From the NCBI GenBank assembly GCA_946965045.2, contig OX337236.1, positions 682,001 through 746,000 on the forward strand: DNA of 64,000 bases, in the 5' to 3' direction. Below the pieces are notes generated by a model, which was not told the origin of the DNA, made no database searches, and saw nothing but the letters and a program-made list of their open reading frames with translations. The translations under genes and the position numbers were made by a program. Position 1 is the stretch's first letter. Every line of letters begins with the position of its first letter. Origin of the DNA: Epithemia pelagica. Taxonomy: Eukaryota > Protista > Bacillariophyta. Of the stretch, positions 34,428-43,639 are shown piece by piece.

Positions 34428-35009
34428 CAAGGTTGCTACTACGTCACGTCACGGGCCACAACCGTGACGTGACGCCGTCAAATAGTGACGGGAATATGTT
34501 CCCGTCAGGTTTTTCCCGTCACTTTCGTCAATTTTGGGATATTGATAAGACAAAAGGGATGTATGATAGAAATATGATGTTTTGACTGTATGTATCATGA
34601 TTAATGGTCTCTGATGTCTGTAAATGGTGCCTGAAGTGGACGGAAGCTCCACTTCGTCTCCTTTTCCAAGGATGAATCCCCAAAGTTTGTCCTTGTCCCG
34701 TCACAGTAGTGGTTCTGACATCCAACCACGGTAAGTCAACATCGATCATGCACACATAATACTTATGACCATGCATGATCATCAATGGTTGATTGTTGCT
34801 CATTCCTTGGATCACTTTGGATGCCATTTTTGTGCGTTTCTCGACGTATCTGTTTGCCTACAAAAGATCCACAAAGATTTTTTTGTTTCCCGTCACTTTT
34901 TTTCATTCCCGTCATTCGTCACAGCCTGATGGTCTGACGTGACGTCGTCAATTTTACGTCACGTCACGTGACGTGCGTCAATTGTGACGTCGTCAAAGTA
35001 GCATCCTTG
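34428..35009. mobile_element. Non-autonomous TIR DNA transposon (582 bp; P- or hAT-like) with dense subterminal CGTCA/TGACG arrays
   Basis: 13-bp TIRs CAAGGTTGCTACT (34428-34440) and AGTAGCATCCTTG (34997-35009), one mismatch. Target duplication CCGGTAC at 34421-34427 and 35010-35016. About 100 bp at each end is saturated with TGACG/CGTCA. Confidence 0.85.
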
Positions 35010-35200
35010 CCGGTACCGGTGGGTGGATGGTGGATGTACTTCCGGCTTCCGTTTCCATGCTCACAAAGATCTCAAAATTGGTTTATTCGGACGGTGAATT
35101 CAAAGAGCTGCGAGAGATCATAAGAAAGACCCGTTCATGTTGCCCTCGATGACAGAGAATGAGCTGACATTGAACAGAGACAAATCCAAAAGCTGTCTCC

Positions 35201-35231
35201 ATGGCCTGGAACGTACAACGAGCCACCACTA
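35201..35231. repeat. Direct repeat, left copy (31 bp)
   Basis: ATGGCCTGGAACGTACAACGAGCCACCACTA; 30/31 identical to 37711-37741. Confidence 0.9.
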
Positions 35232-35372
35232 TACTGACTCTGGCTTGTAACTTTGCATACGCCATTAGCAAAGACAGCATGAAACAGAGACCGCTAGTGG
35301 ATCGAGTTATTGATTTTTGACTATCATGATGATGATGAATAAGAAGCGGTCTTGTTTTCTTGTCGCCACTTC

Positions 35373-37539
35373 TCAATAGGTGGCTGACCTCGACGGAATC
35401 AACTCATACAATGCAGCATCCTCTGGGCCTCTCCATTTCTTCTTCTTAGCTCCGAAGAAATTGTACGTTTGGAGGAATTGAGTTGCTTCGTCATCACCAG
35501 GCTCAAGCAAAAAGTAGCCGACTTTTTTGAGCGTCTTCAGGAAAGAAACTTCAACGGCGCCAACCGAATAGTCCGCATTCTCGAAAAATTCAATCACAGA
35601 GTTTATGTATCCTGCCTTCAAAATGAGAGTTCGCCCTCTTGTGACTTGCATGAACCGCAAATGGATTGTTGTCCCACCAGCAAACTCAACATAGAAGACA
35701 TCATATCCTTGTTGGTTCCAAGCTGTGGGTCTACAAGCAATCGAATTACCAGTGACTTTTGACACAAGTTTGGAGGCAATATCTCGCACCCTCTCCCTAA
35801 TCTTGGTTTTTTGCTTTGCATTTGCCGACTTCAAAAGTTGGATACGGCTCTTGTTCTTTGCTTGCTCCCATGTTTGGATCGTTTCGACTTTGACAGGTGC
35901 ACAGTATCGTGTAATGTGCCGTGGGTGGAAATCAACTGACTGGCGCCTGGCCGATTCCAACTGAGAAAAAAGATCGGCTTCCAGAATCCACCCTTCAAAT
36001 AATGGGTTTTGAAGCCTGTCGGTGAAACGAAAGAGTGCGTCAAAGCCCGCTACTCCTGTGAACTCCGTGAGAATCTGCACGGCGCGCTGACAAGAAAGTA
36101 TTCGTCGCTACCATCTTCACGTCTTGAGGAACCAAAGAAATCGTTAGTTGCCGCTCTTGACGTAGGTCCGATAGCACCATCCAAGATGTCCTTCCGATTC
36201 GGCGCTTTCTCACAGAACTCTCGCAGGTTCCTATCAATTCGTGATTTCGTGTAATGGAACATCCACAGGGCTGATCCTCCGCTGTAGAAGTACCGACTAG
36301 ACAAGACATCAAAAATTTCGTCTTTCCCGAGAGGTTTCATTTTCTTTGGTTGGCCTGGCTGGTGACTTTTCTCGTCTTGTACCACCTGCTGCTGCTCGTC
36401 GTCGTTGTCTGGAGAAACATTCATGACTTGGTTGCCATTGTTGGCTTTATCTTCGCTTTGGGTTTCATCATTGGCAGTTGACTTTCAACCGTCATCAGCA
36501 TCTGGCATTTCCGAATCTGGAACTTCGTCGGCATCTGTACCATTTTCTTTCTTAGGGGCCGCGTCACCTGCTTCATCGACTCGACAAGTTTCGTCATCGA
36601 CAAAGGTTGTCTTATGGATTCCATACTCGTCATAGAAAAGTGCAGCACATGCTTCAAATAGAGGTGTCGTCTTGTCATGAGAGTCGATCAGAGCTCGTTT
36701 GAACTCGTCGAGTTGCCAACTATGGAAGACGCGATACGTCACGTAATCGTTCTGGTGTGGGCGGAGCCTCTCGACTTTCGTGGAAGAGGTTAGAATGGCG
36801 CGGCACGTGGCACTTGTGGCAGTATGCTTTATCCAGGAATGAACATCTGTCCTTATTTTGTTCGTCTTTTCTGACATACCGTCGATGACCACGGTATCCA
36901 GAGCAATTTCTTTCTGATACAAGAAAGCCTGAAATAGATTGCCGCTGAATTGCAAACAAATTTTGGCAAAACGACGCCCTTGGAAGTACACCGCAGACAC
37001 TGGCAGACCAAAAGAATCCAATGAAATCCACAACATATTCGTTCAAGTACTTTTCGCCAGACCGAACAAGACTTTCCGATGCCGGGTTGTCCTTGCAGTT
37101 CCAGGATCTTCTTTCCTCCAAGCTGATCCATAGCCTGCCATACGTCTTCGACTTCTTTTCGTTTGTAGAAAATGTCGCACGCGGTGGTAGCCTTGTTGTC
37201 ACTGTCTTGTACCACTAACCCCGCCAACTCCATGAGAGGGACGCGAAAGAAACCCTCGTCGTCCAGCGGTGCCAACAAAGACGAATCAAAGGTCTCCACA
37301 GACACATATTCACTGAGCGGAGGCTCGAATGACTGCTGATACTTCTCGTCAAGGGTAGCAAGTGCTTTCTTGAGCATTTGCTTCGGATCAGTCATTTTAG
37401 TTTGAGAAGCCCTTTGTTGGGAGTTATTCAAGAAGCGTACTCCGAGAGGAGAGAAGGTATCTACCGCAAGGTATGACAACAATATACTGCGGATGGTTCT
37501 CCTATTCCAGTTCGCCTCTTCTCGGTCCATTTTCTTCAA
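35373..37539 (-). pseudogene. Crinkler/RHS-type NTPase+REase pseudogene (two frameshifts, one nonsense codon)
   Basis: FYKRKEV...LQGQPGIGKS, then frameshift (about 37040) to LWISL...VVIDG, in-frame TGA at 36485-36487, YFYSGGSALWMF, frameshift (about 36080) to GWILEADLF...PTAWNQQGYDVF...FMQVT. Collinear CR motifs across three frames. Confidence 0.8.
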
Positions 37540-37631
37540 AATCTCAACCGGCGTCTAGGGATTGATCAATTCACACAAGTGTTCATTTTCTTCAAAATCT
37601 CAACCGACGTCATAGGGATTGATCAATTCAC
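37528..37631. repeat. Tandem duplication (47/48-bp units, 56-bp period) of the CR pseudogene start region
   Basis: CATTTTCTTCAAAATCTCAACCG(G/A)CGTC(A)TAGGGATTGATCAATTCAC at 37528-37574 and 37584-37631. Confidence 0.9.
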
Positions 37632-37710
37632 GAGTGCTCACAAAGACAAAACAGGTGGATGCGGACAGGAACCATTTGAATGTAAGCTGCGATAGCTCGT
37701 GCACGAAACG

Positions 37711-37741
37711 ATGGCCTGGAACGTACAATGAGCCACCACTA
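37711..37741. repeat. Direct repeat, right copy (31 bp)
   Basis: ATGGCCTGGAACGTACAATGAGCCACCACTA; 2510 bp from the left copy. Confidence 0.9.
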
Positions 37742-37869
37742 CTGGCTCCACCCGTCCCCGTCACCTAGCTAGTCAGTCTTTTACGCACATTGTTCTGTGA
37801 ATAAATTCCAGAACGTGCAAGACATGGCGACCGGACTCGTAGCAATTGGTGGGGTCCGTTGTGGTATCA

Positions 37870-39705
37870 TTATTTCGTTTGCCGTATTGCCAAAACGGTT
37901 CCATTGGCCAGGGAATGAATGGCATAATGATCGTGAAGCCAGGAGGCAAAATTCTTTTGGTTCTCAACATACATTCGATCAATTTCTTCTTTGATATTCT
38001 CGGGTTGTAACTGCCATGCATGACGGTCGTCCTCTCGGGCGTGTTGCATCAATGTCTCTTGACGTTGTACCAACTTGGCAAAATAATCGGCAAGTGTCGT
38101 GGCAGCGGACGACGACGACAACAACGACGAGTCGGCTTTCCAGGGTAATTGTTGCCCCGATCCTTCCAGCAAGTGTGTAATGAGGGTCCAATTGTTGTGA
38201 AATTCCTGACAAAATCCATGGAACCAGTGTTGAATAGCTGTATCGGGAGGAGTTTCACGACCCAATTCGGAGCGGTATTCATAGAGTTGTAAATTGCGAA
38301 ACCTTCCCGCTCGGGCATCTTGGACTCGACCCATGTAGGCATCCCAGCTCCCCAAATAATGACGCAATCGAATTGGTGCGGGCTCTCGGGGTGGTGGAGG
38401 AAAGGGACACTGATTCAAAATACGATGAGGACCACCCGAAAAGCCACTCTTGATAGTACTGCTTGGTTGTGGTTGCTGTTGTTTTGCGGCTTTTGGTCCT
38501 TGGTCGCCTTGCTTCTTCTTGGTACGACCGCCACCCGGTTTGGCACGAGCGAGCAATGCAGTGGAAACGTCGACCCAACTTTTCCCCACGCCATTGTTTT
38601 GATAGTCCCAATGGGTTGTACGATGTTGCCATCGCAAGGTTTCGAGCGATACCAAGTGCAGTTGTTGTTGCAACAGCGCCGTGGGAATTTGCGATTGGAC
38701 ATGATCCAACGACTCGTCCGTGGCACCAAAATAGGTACGAGGGACCATCCAACAGGACGAAGCAATGGCGGTCGCGCCCGTTTCCAGAGCCTTTTTGGGA
38801 AGATCCAGTGTCCTATGATCCGGATCACCAGGAAGCTCCAGGAAGGATGGATCACCACGCAAATCTTGTTCTCGTTGTTGGTGTTGTTCCTCCATGTCTT
38901 GAAGAAACTGCAACATACTTCCGGGTCGTGACATGCGCTCTAGGGCATCCGGTACGACCAACGGATCCAAGGAGGCGTATTCGTCCACATCGTGAAAGCT
39001 CACCCAGGCTCTGCTGGTCGTAGTCGTGGTGGCATTCGACGCTGACGCTGACGACGATGCATTCTCATGGTTTTGGGTGGTTTGATTGACATGGTCTTGT
39101 TGAAAGTGTTTGGCACAGGCCCGATAAAAGAGATCTTGACGTCGACGATGGGCCTGGATCAAGCCATTGGGATCGGTTCGATTGTTGGGGACAAAGCCAA
39201 AGGACGCATCACTCCAGACTTGGATTTTCATATAGGGCCTCCAGCGCTCCACAATGTCCAGGGGAGAAGTGGCCGAACGAGGGTCCACCAACAAGACGAG
39301 ATGTCGCAAGGGCATCATGTAGTAATGGTAGGCGATCCATTCCGGCAAACGAAAATTTTCGTCCATGACCAACAAACAGGCACGAAAATAGTGCTGTTCC
39401 TTTATGATTACGGAGGAGAAGGAGGAGGAGTCATTGGACGATTCCAGAGTGTGACTGCCGACGGTCTTGGAGGAGGACCTGTTGGTTTGTTGTGAGACAT
39501 TGTGGTGGTGGTGTGGCTGCTGCTGATGTTTGAAGGTGGAAAGATGTCTTTGTTCCGTCTTGATGCTAGTAGAAGTCGGAATGCTCGATTGCTGCGTCAA
39601 CCACAAACATGCAATCCCATACACCAAAGCTAGCAAGAAGATGCTGGACGACAAGAACGCTCCCTTCTTGTGGTGTCGTTGTTGTTGTTTCCTTCTCATC
39701 ATCAT
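37870..39705 (-). CDS. Type II membrane GT-A fold glycosyltransferase, GT92/GT2-like, about 611 aa
   Basis: N-terminal basic tail + TM (SIFLLALVYGIACLWL); ACLLVMDENFRLPEWIAYH, LVDPRS, RQDLFYRAC, and WVSFHDVDEY (DxD). Confidence 0.75.
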   Translation of the reverse strand: MMMRRKQQQRHHKKGAFLSSSIFLLALVYGIACLWLTQQSSIPTSTSIKTEQRHLSTFKHQQQPHHHHNVSQQTNRSSSKTVGSHTLESSNDSSSFSSVIIKEQHYFRACLLVMDENFRLPEWIAYHYYMMPLRHLVLLVDPRSATSPLDIVERWRPYMKIQVWSDASFGFVPNNRTDPNGLIQAHRRRQDLFYRACAKHFQQDHVNQTTQNHENASSSASASNATTTTTSRAWVSFHDVDEYASLDPLVVPDALERMSRPGSMLQFLQDMEEQHQQREQDLRGDPSFLELPGDPDHRTLDLPKKALETGATAIASSCWMVPRTYFGATDESLDHVQSQIPTALLQQQLHLVSLETLRWQHRTTHWDYQNNGVGKSWVDVSTALLARAKPGGGRTKKKQGDQGPKAAKQQQPQPSSTIKSGFSGGPHRILNQCPFPPPPREPAPIRLRHYLGSWDAYMGRVQDARAGRFRNLQLYEYRSELGRETPPDTAIQHWFHGFCQEFHNNWTLITHLLEGSGQQLPWKADSSLLSSSSAATTLADYFAKLVQRQETLMQHAREDDRHAWQLQPENIKEEIDRMYVENQKNFASWLHDHYAIHSLANGTVLAIRQTK

Positions 39706-40022
39706 CGTCAAATCTCATATGGTGCTTTTTCTTGTTCTCGGATTTCGGATGCTCCCTCTTTCTCTTGGGGCGTACTTTCTGGATCAGTGTCCGGGTGAAA
39801 ATCGGAGTCCAACGGACCGCGCGCATCCCCTGATCGCGCGCGCTGCGACCTGACTTCTATCACAAAAAGGGAATCCGTTGAAACAAGTTATTTTGCAGAA
39901 GTGTAGCCATAAAAAGAAGTAGCATGATCGCATCCTACATGAATCAACACAATTCTTTTTCGAGTGGATTGTCGAGATTGGTATTGGATCCAGGGTCTAC
40001 GTGAAAAAAGAAGAAGGTGACC

Positions 40023-41123
40023 ATGATGATGAAATCTCGTTTCCCAGGCAAAAACTCTACCGGATCAATTCTGATCTTGACAATGGTCGCAGGTCTTCCC
40101 ATTGCACTATTATCCTCCAAGACGTTGAGTACAATGATTGCTGTGGACCAGAGTATTCGAGTCATGACTGTGTCAATGAAAACGCTGCAGTCGAATCCAC
40201 TGGATCTGATCGTTCCAGCCACAAAATGGCAAGATCAGGAAAAAGAGGAAAAAGAGGAAACAGCGGAACGAATGACCTATTACAAGACCAGGTATCAATA
40301 TCAGCCTCCCCATGGCACAACGGCTTTCACAACCACGTTTGATACGGACGCCGTGTGTGGAAGTCACCCACAGTACGACAAATGGTTTGCGTTGGATTAC
40401 CACAAGCGTTCGAGGAAAAACGAAGATCGACTCATTTATGAAACCTTTTTCAAAAATGACAACAGTTCCCGACCACAAGAGGAGACCTATGTAGAAATTG
40501 GGGCCTACGATGGTAGTCAAGAAAGTAATACCAACTTTTTTGACACGTGTTTGCGCTGGTCTGGTTTGCTAGTCGAGGGGAATCCCATCATGTGGAATCG
40601 ACTCTCCCAAAATCGACCCCAAGCGCATCGCATGAGTTATGTGCCTTCCTGCTCACTCCAAGAGCAAAAATCCAACAAAACCATTCCCTTTCATCCCATT
40701 GGATCTACCAATACCGGTGTCGAAGCACAAGACCGCGGGGTTCACCTTGTGTACAATCGTCGATCGGATTTTGTGCAAGTTCCCTGTGGTAGTTTGTGGC
40801 AAGTCTTGGTCGACATTTTCCCCCAGCAGGGACACGTCTCTTTTTGGTCCTTGGATGTCGAAGGTTCCGAGCACTTGATTTTGGAACACATGGACTTTGA
40901 CAAGGTTTTTATTGAGTTGCTCATGGTCGAGGTGAAAAACAGTTTCTGTCATCCCCAAAAACCCTGTGAGGCACGAGACAAGTCTCGAGAGATTTTGCAA
41001 CGTCAGGGCTATCTTCGCTTTTCCGGCAAAGTCCATGCCTCGGACATTTTTATTCATCCCCATTCGTTCCGTCTCTTGGAACGAGCCAACAAAGCAGGCT
41101 GGATTCCCACAACGGGAGCATGA
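40023..41123 (+). CDS. FkbM-family (Methyltransf_21) SAM methyltransferase with N-terminal membrane anchor
   Basis: YVEIGAYDGSQESNT..FD..LRWSGLLVEGNP and SFWSLDVEGSE motifs. Confidence 0.85.
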   Translation: MMMKSRFPGKNSTGSILILTMVAGLPIALLSSKTLSTMIAVDQSIRVMTVSMKTLQSNPLDLIVPATKWQDQEKEEKEETAERMTYYKTRYQYQPPHGTTAFTTTFDTDAVCGSHPQYDKWFALDYHKRSRKNEDRLIYETFFKNDNSSRPQEETYVEIGAYDGSQESNTNFFDTCLRWSGLLVEGNPIMWNRLSQNRPQAHRMSYVPSCSLQEQKSNKTIPFHPIGSTNTGVEAQDRGVHLVYNRRSDFVQVPCGSLWQVLVDIFPQQGHVSFWSLDVEGSEHLILEHMDFDKVFIELLMVEVKNSFCHPQKPCEARDKSREILQRQGYLRFSGKVHASDIFIHPHSFRLLERANKAGWIPTTGA

Positions 41124-41523
41124 TGAGACTGTTGTTTGGAGCATCCCTGGACTGGCAATCGACCATTCACCTTGTATACAACATATTACAAAAGGACTTA
41201 TAAGGCTGACTTAGTAAAAATACTCTTCTTCACCCATGGACCGGAAATAGATCCAATTCTCCAACACCATCAATTCTTTGTCCACAAATCACAATCCATT
41301 GATTTTTGCACAAAGTTGGAGCTACCGTTGTTCTACCAGCACAATTGGGCACTTTGGTTGTACGAATACAGTTTGTTGGTTCGTGCCATTCAATGGATCT
41401 GGTCTTGCTCCAAAACAGGAGTTTTCTGGACCCGACAATGAACGAGGCATGTACACGAGAGTTTCCATGGGTAGGGTCGAGATCTGCAGGTAGTGCGCTT
41501 CGTCCTTCGATTCGACTCCCCGC

Positions 41524-43347
41524 TCATGAGGATCGACCCGACGACGAACTCTTACTGCCAGTCAACCATAGGAGACTGGTGACCACCACAACGACTGTGG
41601 CTCCTCCCACCGCTCCCACACCCACTGACGGCCAATGCAAGTCTTGTAATTGTTGCTGTTGGTGTGCCAACGTCTTGGTTTTCTCCTGTACCACGTTCCA
41701 GAATTGGACCATGGCAGTTCCCGTCGCACGGGTGGCCTGGGTTGCAGTGGTCCACCAAGACGACGACAACGACGACGACGAGCGGTCGGTGGAATCGCTA
41801 GAGTCGGTCGCCATGTTGGGAATCGGCTGCTTTTGCTGGAACAGAAGAGCTACGTTTGTGGTCCACCACTGCGAAAGGGCAACCTTCCATGTCTTGTTGT
41901 TGTTGTCGTGGTCGTCGTTGCTGATGACGTTTGTTGTTGCAGTCTCGTCACGTTTCTCTTCCACCATCGTCTGGGCCCTTGCACCATCCTTTGGTTCGGT
42001 ATGGGTCATTGTTGCTTGGCTTGGGACCACGTCTTGTTGGTTGTCGTGGGCGTTGTTGCTCGATACGTTTGAGGGCGGTTCATCCTTAACGGACACTACA
42101 GTTGCTTGCTTGTCCGTCGAAACCGCCACTTGTTCTGGTTGTGTTGTCGTTGTGGTGGATGTGGTGGTTGGTTGCGAGGATGATAGGGTTGCTAATTGGG
42201 GAAGGAGTTGTTCTTGCAACTCTTGAACCAAACTGGTTTGAATGGCTTGGAGGCGGGCTTCTTCTCGTCGCCAATGCAAAACTTGTCCCGCCACAAAGAC
42301 GACACTGTTCAATCCAATCAAGAGCCAGGTCCAATAGGTGCCCAACACGCGCCACTTGTCTTGCCACACTTGTTCTTCATGATAGCGTTTCCGTAAGGCA
42401 TCCATGTACACCATTTGACCTTGATGCAAGGCCGCTTCGGCCGCCGTCAAGGATTGCAGCGAGGCCGTGGCCGTGGCGCGTGCCTTGCTTTCCGCCGCCG
42501 TCAATTGGGCAAATTGTTGAACATCGTCCTCCGTCAAGACGGCAGTGCCTTCGCGATGCAAGAGGACCATTTGTTTGTGCCGGGTCGACAATTGTTCGGC
42601 TTCGAGCGTGTGTTTTTGAACCTTTTGTCGAGCTTGTTGGACCGTCCGCGTGTGTTTGTCCACCTGGCGGGCCGCGTCATTGACGGTTTCCTTCAAGACG
42701 GCAATTTCATTGACACCAGCCGCATCGGCCCACCGATCCGTCAACTCCTTCCACCAATACTGAAACAAGGAGGAGGGAGATTGAGTCGTGGGTTCGGTGC
42801 TCCCAGTCGTTGGTTTGGGTGGGACAATCGGAGGTGGCTCGTCCTCCTGGACCTGTTGTGATAATTTGGGCATGGTACTTTCATTCGCCTTGTTGATACT
42901 TTGGGTTTCTGCCAACGACGTGGTTGCATTGGTTGTTTCTCCTTGTTTGCTGCTGCTACGACTGGAAGAAAGGTTGGTTGGAGGAGTGCTGCTGCTGGGA
43001 TTCTTGCTTGGCTCCTTACTTTCGTTCGCCACGGACTGCAGTTTCGCGGTGCTTGTCTTGGAGGATCCAGTCGTAGTATTGGAAGTATTCGACGAGAAGG
43101 ACGAAGCGAGAATGTGATTTGGAACAAGCAATGCCCTCCTCCTATCATCAGCAAAGGACACTCTGGATGGGTGTCGCGAAAACTGCCGGGGGTAACATCC
43201 CGTTCCTTTCTTGATGGGAAATGGTTGTGGGAATGTGCTCCGGCTGCTGCCTGTAATCGAGGCGAACGATCGCCACCCATACAGACGAACCAGACGAGAG
43301 GCGTCCATCAGATGCCACGACGACGATGGTACAAGACAGCGTACCAT
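41524..43347 (-). CDS. SHE9: She9/Mdm33 (CCDC51-like) mitochondrial inner-membrane coiled-coil protein
   Basis: Arg/Ser-rich presequence, coiled coil, then LRKRYHEEQVWQDKWRVLGTYWTWLLIGLNSVVF. Start position approximate. Confidence 0.8.
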   Translation of the reverse strand: MVRCLVPSSSWHLMDASRLVRLYGWRSFASITGSSRSTFPQPFPIKKGTGCYPRQFSRHPSRVSFADDRRRALLVPNHILASSFSSNTSNTTTGSSKTSTAKLQSVANESKEPSKNPSSSTPPTNLSSSRSSSKQGETTNATTSLAETQSINKANESTMPKLSQQVQEDEPPPIVPPKPTTGSTEPTTQSPSSLFQYWWKELTDRWADAAGVNEIAVLKETVNDAARQVDKHTRTVQQARQKVQKHTLEAEQLSTRHKQMVLLHREGTAVLTEDDVQQFAQLTAAESKARATATASLQSLTAAEAALHQGQMVYMDALRKRYHEEQVWQDKWRVLGTYWTWLLIGLNSVVFVAGQVLHWRREEARLQAIQTSLVQELQEQLLPQLATLSSSQPTTTSTTTTTQPEQVAVSTDKQATVVSVKDEPPSNVSSNNAHDNQQDVVPSQATMTHTEPKDGARAQTMVEEKRDETATTNVISNDDHDNNNKTWKVALSQWWTTNVALLFQQKQPIPNMATDSSDSTDRSSSSLSSSWWTTATQATRATGTAMVQFWNVVQEKTKTLAHQQQQLQDLHWPSVGVGAVGGATVVVVVTSLLWLTGSKSSSSGRSS

Positions 43348-43639
43348 GGTTACTATAGAATGTGTTGTCTTTGGTTGGCTTTTTGTGCATTCTTGCAATG
43401 GACGACGCCGTTTCGTGACTGACGTAATCAACCGAGTCCCGTATCGTTTTACCAAAAATCCCAGAAAGGATCCAGCCGAGTATCCACCCCAAAAGATACC
43501 ACAAAATGGCCAATGGAGGATTTGAGCCATCAGCAGCTCTTTTGACTGCGTATCTACACAACGAGAGAGATCTATTCGGAACAAGGTTTGGGTTCGGTAC
43601 GGTCCAGCCGACAGAATTACAGTTTGGGAAACGGGGGAC

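Noticed and set aside
34528-34827. 99-aa ORF inside the TIR element as a possible transposase remnant
   Set aside because: No DDE, THAP or BED motif visible.
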